DNA of 64,000 nucleotides from Minisyncoccota bacterium (GTDB lineage Bacteria; Patescibacteriota; Minisyncoccia; Minisyncoccales; Minisyncoccaceae): NCBI GenBank assembly GCA_028692555.1, contig JAQUXE010000002.1, positions 1 to 64,000 of the forward strand, read 5' to 3'. Shown piece by piece: positions 36,487 to 46,083 of this stretch (position 1 is its first letter; each line of letters starts with the position of its first letter). The notes under the pieces were generated by a model. It saw only the letters and a program-made list of their open reading frames with translations, ran no database searches and was not told where the DNA came from. The position numbers and the translations under genes were made by a program.

Positions 36487-37335
36487 ATGCCTGAGCTTCC
36501 TGAAGTAGAAACAATAGTTAACGACCTTAAAAAAGAAATAATAGGGCGTTCTTTTATTGATCTTTGGACAGACGCAGAGAATATTATTAAAGGAAATAGC
36601 GTTAATGATTTTACAAAAAAGATTATTAATAAAAGAATTATTGATATTAAAAGGAGAGGTAAAAATATCTTAATTTATTTAGATCAAAGTATTATTTTAT
36701 TAGTTCATCAAAAAATATCTGGACATTTATTGCTAGCTAAATGGAGCTTTGAAAATGATAAATGGATTGCACCAGTAGGTCCACTTAGCGATGATTCAAT
36801 GAATGGTTATTTGCATGTTGTAATGGGATTAGATGATGGTAGACAGTTGGCATTGTCTGATGTGAGGAAGTTTGCAAAAATGGAGATATTGAAAGACGAT
36901 AAATTAGATATTGGTCCGGAACCACTAGAAATTGATTATGAATCTTTTAGAGATTTATTCAGAAAGAAAAGAGGTAAGATTAAGCAACTCTTAATGAAAC
37001 AAGAATTCATTGCCGGCATAGGGAACATATATGCTTCAGAAATACTTTTTATATCAAAAATTCATCCCGAAGAAGATGTTTCTAAATTAGAGGAACAAGA
37101 TTTTAAAAATATCTTTCAAGGAATGCAATTCATACTAAAAGAATCAATTCGTTCAAGGGGAGATAGTTTTTCTGACTTTAGAACAATTCATGGGGAAAAA
37201 GGCGGATTTCAGAACATTATGAAGGTATATCAAAAAAATGGTAAACCATGCTTAAATTGTGGGATGAAAATAGAAAGAATGAACTTAGGAGGAAGAGGAA
37301 CTTTTTATTGCCCTAATTGTCAAAAAAAGAAATGA
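36487..37335 (+). CDS. mutM: formamidopyrimidine-DNA glycosylase
   Basis: N-terminal MPELPEVE (catalytic Pro2/Glu3), H2TH region, C-terminal zinc finger CLNCG...CPNC. Confidence 0.9.
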   Translation: MPELPEVETIVNDLKKEIIGRSFIDLWTDAENIIKGNSVNDFTKKIINKRIIDIKRRGKNILIYLDQSIILLVHQKISGHLLLAKWSFENDKWIAPVGPLSDDSMNGYLHVVMGLDDGRQLALSDVRKFAKMEILKDDKLDIGPEPLEIDYESFRDLFRKKRGKIKQLLMKQEFIAGIGNIYASEILFISKIHPEEDVSKLEEQDFKNIFQGMQFILKESIRSRGDSFSDFRTIHGEKGGFQNIMKVYQKNGKPCLNCGMKIERMNLGGRGTFYCPNCQKKK

Positions 37336-38132
37336 TTATACTTTTTTACGGAAAAGATAAGTACAGAATTAGAGAAAAGGCGAGAGAAATGATTAGTGCT
37401 CATAGAGAAAAAAACAAGAGCGGTTTTAGCTCTTTAAAAGATGCTCAAGTAGAAGATATAAGAAGAGAGATGCTTTCTGTTTCAATGTTTAATGAAAAAA
37501 AGCTTGTAATCGTTCATGATTTTGTAATAAGCAAAGAATTCTTATCGCAAGTTGATTTATTTGAATCTTCTCCAAATGTGCTTTTAATAATTAATGAGAA
37601 TGATGCTGATATTAATTGTAAGAAGCAAGAGTTTGAACTATTAAATGGAGTAAAACTAAAAGAGTGGGCAAGAAATAAAGTTGAGGTTGTGGGTGGTAGA
37701 ATTAATGATAGTTCATTATCATTATTAATTGAATATGCGGGTAGTGATTTATGGAGAATGGAAAATGAGATTACTAAATTAGTTAATTACTCTTCTAGTA
37801 TATTGTTAAGTGATGTTAAAAAATTAGTAAGAGATAAAAACGAAGTAAACATATTTGAAACAATTAACTCTATCGCAAAAAAAGATAAAAAAGGGGCCCT
37901 TCAATCAATTAAAAAACATCTTGATAGGGGCGATGCTCCAGTGTATATATTAGCAATGATTGCTTTTCAGGTTAGAAAAATTATTTCAGCAAAAGAAAAA
38001 GGGAATTATAATAACTTTACAATGGACGAACTTAAAAATCTTTATGATAAAGTTGTTGAATTGGATTATGGTATTAAAACAGGAAAAGTGAATCCTATTG
38101 AATCGTTAAATATTTTAATTTGTGGCGTATGA
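37317..38132 (+). CDS. holA: DNA polymerase III delta subunit-like protein
   Basis: 271 aa. N-terminal pattern (IILFYGKDKYRIREKA...KKLVIVHDF) resembles HolA; diverged. Confidence 0.55.
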   Translation: MSKKEMIILFYGKDKYRIREKAREMISAHREKNKSGFSSLKDAQVEDIRREMLSVSMFNEKKLVIVHDFVISKEFLSQVDLFESSPNVLLIINENDADINCKKQEFELLNGVKLKEWARNKVEVVGGRINDSSLSLLIEYAGSDLWRMENEITKLVNYSSSILLSDVKKLVRDKNEVNIFETINSIAKKDKKGALQSIKKHLDRGDAPVYILAMIAFQVRKIISAKEKGNYNNFTMDELKNLYDKVVELDYGIKTGKVNPIESLNILICGV

Positions 38133-38770
38133 AAAAAATCATTTGTTTTGATGTTAATGGAACATTAATTGACCAAAGCTCTTGGGAGATTTTTACTTTA
38201 GGAAAAGAGGATGCAGAAAAAGAGTTGAAAGACATCTTTAGTAATTATTATAGTAACAAAATATCTCTAAAAGATTTTTGGGAGCAAATGGCGGATGTTC
38301 TTAAAAAGACAGGCAATGCTAATATATCCTATATTTGTAATCATTCGGACGATATCAATTCTTTAAAAAAGGGCGCAGAAGATTTAATTAATTATTTAAA
38401 AGATAAGGGATACAAAATATATTTAATTTCTTGCTCAATAGATATTTATTTAGAAAAATTAACCCAAAGATTGCAATTAGATGGATTCTATGCAGGAACA
38501 AAGTTTTCTTTTAGCGATGATGGGGAATTGTTATCTATCGAAAGCGAATGCTTAGAGAACAAGCTTTTTAAAGAAGATAAAATTAGAGAAATAGCAAAAG
38601 ATAATAATGCAGAGATAGAAGATATCGTCTTTGTGGGAGACGGAAAAAACGACATAGGCGCTTTTGAGATGACTAAAAACGGAATAGCTATTGATAGTAA
38701 TGTTGAGGAGTTAAGGAGTATTGCTTGGAGGAACATCAAACAATTAAGTGAAATAAAGGACATTCTCTAG
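38120..38770 (+). CDS. HAD-superfamily hydrolase (SerB-like)
   Basis: Motif I FDVNGTL, motif IV VGDGKNDIGAF. Confidence 0.7.
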   Translation: MWRMKKIICFDVNGTLIDQSSWEIFTLGKEDAEKELKDIFSNYYSNKISLKDFWEQMADVLKKTGNANISYICNHSDDINSLKKGAEDLINYLKDKGYKIYLISCSIDIYLEKLTQRLQLDGFYAGTKFSFSDDGELLSIESECLENKLFKEDKIREIAKDNNAEIEDIVFVGDGKNDIGAFEMTKNGIAIDSNVEELRSIAWRNIKQLSEIKDIL

Positions 38771-38826
38771 CTGGTTAGAGTAGCATAGTATTGACACTTT
38801 CTATGCTACCGTGGTAGAATAGAGAT

Positions 38827-40242
38827 ATGAAAAACAAGGAATTAAAAGAATATTTACAAACATTAATATCTCAGTCAGAGAATAGAGCCAAGGGAATGAC
38901 AATGGACGCAAACGGGAACCCCCTTTTTAAAAGGAATGTTTTCTTTGAGTTGAATGATATCGTTAATAGCTTTTTAAAAAAGGGAACTGATCCAAGGATT
39001 ATTGTTATGCCAGGCCTTCGTGGAACAGGAAAGACAACACTTCTTTCACAACTGTACTTGTCTTTAAAAGAAAATAGCAAGTTATATATATCTATAGAAG
39101 AAGCAGTGAAGCGTTTTAATGTTAATCTGTGGGACATTATAGAGGCATACGAAGAAATTATTGGTAAAAGATTAGAGGAGTTAGACGAACCATTAATCAT
39201 ATTTTTAGATGAAATTCATTATGATGATAATTGGTCTATTTTTTTAAAAACGCTTTACGATAAATCAAAAAAAGTAATTGTTTTTGCCACCGGGTCTTCA
39301 TCATTACTTCTGAGAGAACAAGTAAATGCAGATTCTGCTAGAAGAACTTATTTTATTGATATTCATCCAGTTTCATTTTCTGAATATATGCTTTTTAAAT
39401 ATGGAAAAAAGGAGATTGACTTTAACATTAAAGAAGCAATACTATCGTCCAATAATGCAAAGCAATGTTTTGAAAGGATAAAAAATAATGAAGATAACCT
39501 TAAAAAATATTTATCAGGGGTGGACAAGTTAGAAATAGAAAATTATGTGAAAATAGGAACATTTCCTTTTTCTCTTAATCTCAAGAATGAGAGCATAGCA
39601 ATAAATTTTATCTCACAAATAATTAATAAGGTGATATATATAGATGTTCCTCAGTTTTATAATTTTGATAAGGAAACAATTAATAAAATAGATAAAATTC
39701 TTTATTTACTATCGGACACCCTTGGAGTTAGTGTTAATAAGCTAAGCTCAATAATTGAAATGAACAAAGAAACAGCAAGTAGTGTTTTAAGGTCTCTAGA
39801 GTCGTCAGGACTACTTTTAAAAGTTCCAGCAAATGGTTCTCATTTCAAGCAAATTAAAAAACCATCAAAATATCTTTTTTCTACCCCGTCTTTAAGATTC
39901 TCATATCTTTCCTCTAGGGAAAGCGTTGTTTCAATAAGCAATTATAAAGGTGCCCTTTTGGAAGATGTTGTGGCGATGTATTTGAATAGAATAGTTCCTA
40001 AATATGGAGAATATTTTTTGACATATGACGTTTCTGAGAATGGAGCAGATTTTATTCTTTCTTATGGAGATAAAAAGATTGTAATTGAAGTTGGCTCTGG
40101 TCAAAAAAATTGCAAACAAATATTAGAAACAAATAAAAAAATAAACCCAAGCCATGGGTTAATTATTTCAAATGACGAACTAGAACTTATCGAAGAGTAT
40201 AACTTAATTAAGATTCCTTTGAATTACTTTTTGTTGAGCTAA
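38827..40242 (+). CDS. AAA+ ATPase of the AAA_14/DUF4143 type
   Basis: 471 aa. Walker A GLRGTGKTTLL, Walker B IFLDEIHY. C-terminal domain as in archaeal/bacterial ATPase DUF4143 family. Confidence 0.6.
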   Translation: MKNKELKEYLQTLISQSENRAKGMTMDANGNPLFKRNVFFELNDIVNSFLKKGTDPRIIVMPGLRGTGKTTLLSQLYLSLKENSKLYISIEEAVKRFNVNLWDIIEAYEEIIGKRLEELDEPLIIFLDEIHYDDNWSIFLKTLYDKSKKVIVFATGSSSLLLREQVNADSARRTYFIDIHPVSFSEYMLFKYGKKEIDFNIKEAILSSNNAKQCFERIKNNEDNLKKYLSGVDKLEIENYVKIGTFPFSLNLKNESIAINFISQIINKVIYIDVPQFYNFDKETINKIDKILYLLSDTLGVSVNKLSSIIEMNKETASSVLRSLESSGLLLKVPANGSHFKQIKKPSKYLFSTPSLRFSYLSSRESVVSISNYKGALLEDVVAMYLNRIVPKYGEYFLTYDVSENGADFILSYGDKKIVIEVGSGQKNCKQILETNKKINPSHGLIISNDELELIEEYNLIKIPLNYFLLS

Positions 40243-40489
40243 TTTTTTTCATCATTCGAGATTTTTTTCTCGCTGCAGTGTTTTTCTTTATAATTCCTAC
40301 TTTAGCAGCCTTATCAATTGCTTTGTATATTTGAGGCATCATTTTCTCAACCGCTTCTGTATCTTTTGCAGCAATCAAAGTATTAGCTTCTTTCACAAGC
40401 TTTCTCATTTCTAAAATCCTTTTCTTATTTATAATCCTCTTTCTTTCGTTTTGTTGAGGTCTTCTTTTTGTTGTTTTTGTAACTGGCAT
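40208..40489 (-). CDS. rpsT: 30S ribosomal protein S20
   Basis: 93 aa basic alpha-helical protein (MPVTKTTKRRPQQNERKRIINKKR...). 35-nt convergent overlap with preceding gene. Confidence 0.85.
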   Translation of the reverse strand: MPVTKTTKRRPQQNERKRIINKKRILEMRKLVKEANTLIAAKDTEAVEKMMPQIYKAIDKAAKVGIIKKNTAARKKSRMMKKISSTKSNSKES

Positions 40490-40547
40490 ATATGCTGTAT
40501 ATATACACTAATTGTTAATTTTTTGCAAGTTTTGCTATAATAATATT

Positions 40548-41075
40548 ATGATAAGTTATCTTAAAGGAATAATTATACATATTGACGATAAATTAATAAC
40601 TATTGAAAAGTCAGGGATTGGCTTTGATATCTTTTTAAACAATAGAGAGATGGAGAAAATTTCACTAGGTCAAGAAATAGAAGTTTTTACAGAGCTGTTG
40701 TTAAAAGATAAAGAAATTGAGTTATATGGTTTTTTAAGTGTAGATAAATTGAAACTTTTCAAGGTATTAAAAAGCATTTCAGGCGTGGGACCTAAAAGTG
40801 CGCTAGATCTTTCTTTCGTTGATTCACTAGAAGAGCTAAAAGATTTAATTGAAAAAGGAGAAGTTAAAGGTATCGGAGCAAAGAAGCTTCAAAAGATACT
40901 TTTAGAAATCACAGGAAAGGTTAAAACAATTAAGAAGAATACAGAGGACGAGGCCCTAAGCGGTTTAACTTCTCTAGGGTTTAAGAAAGGTCAAGCACAA
41001 GAGGCCTTAAAAAAAGTTCCTGATGAAATAGAGGACATAGAACAAAGAATTAAAGAAGCATTAAAGCTATTATGA
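40548..41075 (+). CDS. ruvA: Holliday junction DNA helicase RuvA
   Basis: Start taken at MISYLKGII (typical RuvA N-terminus). HhH motifs (ISGVGPKSA, IGAKKLQKI). Overlaps next gene (ATGA). Confidence 0.85.
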   Translation: MISYLKGIIIHIDDKLITIEKSGIGFDIFLNNREMEKISLGQEIEVFTELLLKDKEIELYGFLSVDKLKLFKVLKSISGVGPKSALDLSFVDSLEELKDLIEKGEVKGIGAKKLQKILLEITGKVKTIKKNTEDEALSGLTSLGFKKGQAQEALKKVPDEIEDIEQRIKEALKLL

Positions 41076-42295
41076 GAAAATATATTAACATTGCTAAAAA
41101 GTTTATTCCGGCCTTTTTAATTAGCTGGTATCATCTTGCCTTGTCTTTTATGGGCGCTCTTTATTACGGCTTCCCTGGAAAAAAGATTAAAGTGATTGGA
41201 ATTACAGGAACTAATGGTAAATCAACTGTTATAAACATTACCTCTCAGATATTAAAAGAAGCGGGACACAAGGTTGCGTCATCTTCTTCTATTATCTTTA
41301 AAATTGGTGACATTGAAGAAGAGAATAAAATGAAAATGACAATGCCGGGAAGATTTTCTCTTCAAAAATTTCTCAAAAAAGCAGTTAGTGAGAAATGTGA
41401 CTATGTAATTATTGAAGTAACTTCAGAAGGAATAAAGCAACATCGTCATCGTTTTATTAATTTTGATGTTGTTGCTATTACCAATCTAACTCCTGAGCAT
41501 ATAGAAGCACATAAAGGATTTGAGAATTATAAAAAAGCAAAAGGAGAGCTATTCAACACTTGTAAAAATATACATATAATTAATAGCGATGATGAGTATA
41601 GAGATTATTTTATGAGTTTTCCTGCAAAAGAAACAATAACCTATGGAATAAAGAGGGGGGATATTTTAGCAGAAGATATTAATTTGTCTCCCAGGGGATC
41701 TACCTTTAAGGTCAATAAAGAAACTTTTGAATTAAAATTACTTTGCGAGTTTAATATATATAATTCTCTAGCAGCCATATCGATAGGGCTATCTCAAGGG
41801 ATATCAATAGAAATTTGTAAAAGAGGATTGTCAAGAGTTGAACAAATCGCTGGAAGAATGGAAGAAGTGGTTGATAATATTTTTGTTGATTATGCTTTTA
41901 CTCCTAACGCTCTAGAAAAGGTATATAATTTCTTAAAACCAAAAGATGGCAAATTGATTTGTGTTTTAGGTTCTTGCGGAGGAGGAAGAGACAAATGGAA
42001 AAGACCAGTTTTGGGTAAAATCGCTGATAACTATGGGGATGTAATCATTATAACAAACGAAGATCCATATGATGAAGACCCTATGGAAATCATTAATCAA
42101 GTCGCTGAGGGCTCAAAAAGAGCAGAGAAAATCATTGACAGAAGGGAAGCAATTAGAAGGGCTCTTCAATTAAAAGAAGATAATGACGTTGTGGTTATAA
42201 CAGGCAAGGGGTGTGAACCATGGATATGTGTTGCTCACGGCAAAAAAATACCATGGGATGATAGGTCGGTTATTAGGGAGTGTATTGACAATTAA
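41072..42295 (+). CDS. Mur ligase family protein (MurE-like UDP-MurNAc-tripeptide synthetase)
   Basis: 407 aa. ATP-binding IGITGTNGKST, Mur ligase middle/C-terminal pattern. Lacks long N-terminal domain. Confidence 0.7.
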   Translation: MRKYINIAKKFIPAFLISWYHLALSFMGALYYGFPGKKIKVIGITGTNGKSTVINITSQILKEAGHKVASSSSIIFKIGDIEEENKMKMTMPGRFSLQKFLKKAVSEKCDYVIIEVTSEGIKQHRHRFINFDVVAITNLTPEHIEAHKGFENYKKAKGELFNTCKNIHIINSDDEYRDYFMSFPAKETITYGIKRGDILAEDINLSPRGSTFKVNKETFELKLLCEFNIYNSLAAISIGLSQGISIEICKRGLSRVEQIAGRMEEVVDNIFVDYAFTPNALEKVYNFLKPKDGKLICVLGSCGGGRDKWKRPVLGKIADNYGDVIIITNEDPYDEDPMEIINQVAEGSKRAEKIIDRREAIRRALQLKEDNDVVVITGKGCEPWICVAHGKKIPWDDRSVIRECIDN

Positions 42296-42499
42296 ATGAT
42301 ATATATACAATATTCTCTGGTTCTCTGCGAGCTTAAAGAAGTCTTGGATTTATTAGCTAAAAATAAAAATCATCAATTAAAAGGACCCTTTGTTGATTGT
42401 TTTGATTGTTATATTAGGCCAGATGTTATTTTGATTTATAAAAAAGAAGACAAAATAATTTATTTATTAAGGATAGAATCTCACTCTAAGATTTTCTAG
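42296..42499 (+). CDS. truncated/compact YafQ-family (RelE-like) toxin, no adjacent antitoxin
   Basis: 67 aa. Start MIYIQYS resembles YafQ start. C-terminal LKGPFVDCFDCYIRPDVILIYKKEDKIIYLLRIESHSKIF matches YafQ/RelE core (...pD.iLIYK...l.l.R.GsHs.lF). ~20 aa internal region missing relative to 92-aa YafQ. ATG directly after murE stop, same frame. Confidence 0.45.
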   Translation: MIYIQYSLVLCELKEVLDLLAKNKNHQLKGPFVDCFDCYIRPDVILIYKKEDKIIYLLRIESHSKIF

Positions 42500-42544
42500 T
42501 TTTTCTTGACAGTTCTCTATTTATAAGTAGAATGAAGATGTCCT

Positions 42545-43252
42545 ATGGATATACACACGCCCCCGTTATTCGGGGAAACATTTTTTAGTTTTTTAGGAAT
42601 TGACTTTACTAATACCTTTATATTGGCTATATTTTGCGCACTCTTGTTGATGGCGCTTTTTTTAATTGGGTTCAAGAAGAAAGAAATCATTCCCGGAAAA
42701 ACCCAAAACTTTTTTGAGTTTATTTTAGAGTCGTTATTTAGCTTGTTTGATAGTATGTCGGGTGATAGAAAAAAAACAGAAGAAATTTTTCCTTTGGTTG
42801 CAACTTTGTTCATTTTTATATTAATTAATAATTTATTAGAAATACTTCCGGGCGTGGGGGTATTTCCTTTTTTAAGGGCTCCTAGTTCAGATCTTCATTT
42901 TACATTAGCTCTAGCGATATTTTCAATGGGATTTATTCATTTTTCAGCAATAAAGAAATTAGGGGGAGGCAATTATCTTAAAAAGTTTATAATTCTAGAC
43001 AGTCCGATTATGTTTTTTGTTGGAATATTAGAGGGAATAGGAGAAATTACAAAAACAGCATCATTAGGAATTAGGCTTTTTGGAAACCTTTTTGCAGGAG
43101 AGATTTTATTGGTAGTTATTAGTTTTATGATTCCATTTATAGCTCCTTTGCCATTTTTAGGTTTAGAGATATTTGTAGGATTTATTCAGGCATTAGTATT
43201 TTCATCATTAATTACAGTTTTTTATGTCTTTACCACCGCAGAAGAACACTAG
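42545..43252 (+). CDS. atpB: F-type ATP synthase subunit a
   Basis: 235 aa polytopic. Conserved Arg-containing helix (LGIRLFGNLFAGEILL). Confidence 0.85.
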   Translation: MDIHTPPLFGETFFSFLGIDFTNTFILAIFCALLLMALFLIGFKKKEIIPGKTQNFFEFILESLFSLFDSMSGDRKKTEEIFPLVATLFIFILINNLLEILPGVGVFPFLRAPSSDLHFTLALAIFSMGFIHFSAIKKLGGGNYLKKFIILDSPIMFFVGILEGIGEITKTASLGIRLFGNLFAGEILLVVISFMIPFIAPLPFLGLEIFVGFIQALVFSSLITVFYVFTTAEEH

Positions 43253-43463
43253 CATTGGATATGTTTTAGGAATGGGCAGCGGATTGGGCTTTGTTCTTGC
43301 CGCTCCATTAGCTATAGCGATATTTTTAGGAGTGATGATTGATAAGAAGCTAGAAACATTTCCAATAGCATTAATAATATCAATTTTGATTGGAATAGGG
43401 TTAACGATAGTCAATTTATATAAGATAATAATTCCGTTTTTAGAAAAAAGGTCGAAAAAATAA
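43224..43463 (+). CDS. AtpZ/AtpI-like small ATP-synthase-associated membrane protein
   Basis: 79 aa. Two TM helices with GVMIDKKLETFPIALIISILIG pattern (lG.wlD..l.T.P.f.i..i.lG) typical of AtpZ. Unusually placed between atpB and atpE, overlapping atpB 3' end by 29 nt. Confidence 0.45.
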   Translation: MSLPPQKNTSIGYVLGMGSGLGFVLAAPLAIAIFLGVMIDKKLETFPIALIISILIGIGLTIVNLYKIIIPFLEKRSKK

Positions 43464-43479
43464 TAAATTAAATTAATAA

Positions 43480-43713
<234 letters not shown>

Positions 43714-43725
43714 TAATTTTATATA

Positions 43726-44214
43726 ATGAACGGTTTAGAATTTGATTGGAAAATATTAGTAGGACAAATAGTTAATTTTGCTATTTTGTTCTTTATTCTT
43801 AAGCTTTTAATATACAAGCCATTTTTGAATTTACTTAAAACTAGAAGGGAGAAAATAGAAGAAGGAATAAATAAATCAATAGAAGCAGAGGGCAAGCTAG
43901 GAGAATTAAGGGACTTAAAGGATAAAATGGAAAGGGAAAACGATGAGAAAAAGAAAGAGATCTTATTAAAAGCACAAGAAGAAGCAAAGAAAAGAAGCGA
44001 AGAATCTGCCAAAAAAGCGGAAGAAGAAAAAGAAACGCTTTTGTTAAAAGCAAAAAAAGAAGCAGAAGAAATTAAAGAAAAAGAAAAAGAAGCAACAAAA
44101 AAGAAGACAATTGAAAATGCTTTTATTCTTACAGAGAAGCTTCTCAAAGAAAGTATTGACGAAAAGAAGGGAAAAGAAATTTCGGAAGATTTTTTAAGCA
44201 AAATTAAATCATGA
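43726..44214 (+). CDS. atpF: F-type ATP synthase subunit b
   Basis: Single N-terminal TM then long Lys/Glu-rich helix. Operon position. Confidence 0.8.
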   Translation: MNGLEFDWKILVGQIVNFAILFFILKLLIYKPFLNLLKTRREKIEEGINKSIEAEGKLGELRDLKDKMERENDEKKKEILLKAQEEAKKRSEESAKKAEEEKETLLLKAKKEAEEIKEKEKEATKKKTIENAFILTEKLLKESIDEKKGKEISEDFLSKIKS

Positions 44215-44594
44215 AAACTGAGAAAGAAATATTTTATTGGAGTCGTACCCTTTATCTGTCATTAGAAAAGAATCCAGAAAAGTCTGAGGCAATTTTTACC
44301 AACCTTAAATCTTCACTAGGAAAGAAAATAGCTTACTTGCCTTCCATTATTAAAAAAGCAGAGATGATATATAACAAGGAAAAGAAAGCAAAGCTATATC
44401 TTTCTCATAGATTTGATAACGCAGATATTATTAAAAAGATAAAAGAAGAGTTCAAGGGAATTGATAAGATTGAAGACGAAATAGACGAAAATCTTTTAGC
44501 AGGCTTTCGCTTAAAAACAAAAGATCTTTTAATTAAGGCATCCTTAAAAGATACTTTAATTAAATTAAAAAACAAAATATATGGATATAATTGA
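44211..44594 (+). CDS. atpH: F-type ATP synthase subunit delta (short form)
   Basis: 127 aa. Position between atpF and atpA. C-terminal ...LAGFRLKTKDLLIKASLKDTLIKL resembles delta C-terminus. Confidence 0.55.
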   Translation: MKTEKEIFYWSRTLYLSLEKNPEKSEAIFTNLKSSLGKKIAYLPSIIKKAEMIYNKEKKAKLYLSHRFDNADIIKKIKEEFKGIDKIEDEIDENLLAGFRLKTKDLLIKASLKDTLIKLKNKIYGYN

Positions 44595-46083
44595 ACAATT
44601 TAAAAAACAGCTTGAAGGAGTTCAAATATCTCCCGAGATTGAAGAAGTGGGAGAGGTTGTTGAAATAAAAGATGGAGTTGCTAGAATATCCGGTCTTAGA
44701 AGCGTTGAAAACTTTGAAATGATTGAGTTTGATGGCGCAGAAGTTCAAGGTCTTGTTTTAAACCTTGAAGAGTATGAGGTTGGAGCAATTATTCTAGGTA
44801 GTGATAAAAAAGTAAAAGAAGGAACAGTAGTTAAAAGAACCAAAAAGGTTTTCTCCGTGCCGGTGGGTGAGGGCCTTTTAGGTCGTGTTGTTGATCCACT
44901 AGGAAGGCCATTAGACGGTAAGGGGGAAATTATTTCAAAAGAATCACTTCCTCTTGAAAGAAAGGGTCCTTCTGTGATTGAAAGACAGCCAGTGACAAAA
45001 CCATTGCACACAGGAATTAAAATGGTTGATGCTTTAATTCCAATCGGCAGAGGTCAAAGAGAGTTAATTATTGGAGACAGAGGACTAGGAAAAACTGCTG
45101 TTGCTCTTGATGCAATAATTAATCAAAAAGATGAAAAGAATAGACCAAAATGTATATATGTCGCTTGTGGACAAAAGAAGAGTAAGGTTAAGAGAATTAT
45201 TGCCACATTAGAAAAAGCAGGGGCAATGGAATATACAACAGTTGTTTGTGCTTTTCCAGACGATCCAGCCGGATTTATTTACCTGGCCCCATTTGCAGGA
45301 GCATCAATTGGTGAATATTTTAGAGATAATAAGCAAGATGCTTTGATTGTTTATGATGATTTAACTAGACAAGCATGGGCATGGAGAGAAATATCTTTAA
45401 TTCTAAGACGTCCACCAGGCAGAGAAGCATATCCAGGAGATGTATTCTTTCTTCATTCAAGATTATTAGAAAGGGCAGCGATGCTTTCTGATGAGATGGG
45501 TGGTGGCTCACTAACTGCTTTACCAATTATTGAGACACAAGCAGGAGATATTTCAGGATATATTCCTACAAACGTGATTTCTATTACAGATGGGCAAATC
45601 TTTTTGGACGCAACCTTATTTAAGAAAGAACAAAAACCGGCTATTAACGTAGGAACATCTGTTTCAAGAGTTGGATCATCAGCTCAAATTAAAGCAACAA
45701 AGAAAGTTGCTGGTAGATTAAAACTTGATTTAGCACAATTCCAAGAGTTAGAAAGGTTCTCTGAGTTTACAGAAGAACTTGATACTCAAACAAAAAAGAC
45801 AATTGAAAGGGGAAAAAGAATGACCCTTCTTCTAAGGCAGAATGATTTAGAGCCAATGCCAATTGAAAAAGAAGTTATCGTTATTTTCACCGGAGTAAAT
45901 AGCGATATTGAAGAAGTGGCAATTGATAGAATTAAGGACTTTGAAAAAGATGTTTTAAGTGCTGTTGAATTAGAGAAGCCAGAGATATTAAAAGAGATAA
46001 GAGACACAGGAGATATGTCTGATAAGAGTAAAGAAGTGCTTTTGGAAATAATCAAAAAAGTTAAGTTAAACTATGGAACTTAA
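44581..46083 (+). CDS. atpA: F-type ATP synthase subunit alpha
   Basis: P-loop GDRGLGKT. Conserved alpha-subunit blocks throughout. Confidence 0.95.
   Translation: MDIIEQFKKQLEGVQISPEIEEVGEVVEIKDGVARISGLRSVENFEMIEFDGAEVQGLVLNLEEYEVGAIILGSDKKVKEGTVVKRTKKVFSVPVGEGLLGRVVDPLGRPLDGKGEIISKESLPLERKGPSVIERQPVTKPLHTGIKMVDALIPIGRGQRELIIGDRGLGKTAVALDAIINQKDEKNRPKCIYVACGQKKSKVKRIIATLEKAGAMEYTTVVCAFPDDPAGFIYLAPFAGASIGEYFRDNKQDALIVYDDLTRQAWAWREISLILRRPPGREAYPGDVFFLHSRLLERAAMLSDEMGGGSLTALPIIETQAGDISGYIPTNVISITDGQIFLDATLFKKEQKPAINVGTSVSRVGSSAQIKATKKVAGRLKLDLAQFQELERFSEFTEELDTQTKKTIERGKRMTLLLRQNDLEPMPIEKEVIVIFTGVNSDIEEVAIDRIKDFEKDVLSAVELEKPEILKEIRDTGDMSDKSKEVLLEIIKKVKLNYGT

Noticed and set aside
40208-40242. 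35-nt convergent overlap between AAA+ ATPase gene end and rpsT end
   Set aside because: Both reading frames are well supported; convergent 3' overlaps occur in compact genomes, so not treated as an annotation error.
40512-40547. N-terminal extension of ruvA (MLIFCKFCYNNI)
   Set aside because: RuvA proteins start M-I/L-x-x-L-x-G; internal ATG at 40548 gives MISYLKG.
42517-42813. 98-aa minus-strand ORF
   Set aside because: Antisense to the 5' part of atpB, whose identity is secure.
43719-44201. 160-aa minus-strand Ser/Phe-rich ORF (and nested 43841-44053)
   Set aside because: Antisense of the Lys/Glu-rich atpF coding sequence; low-complexity artefact.
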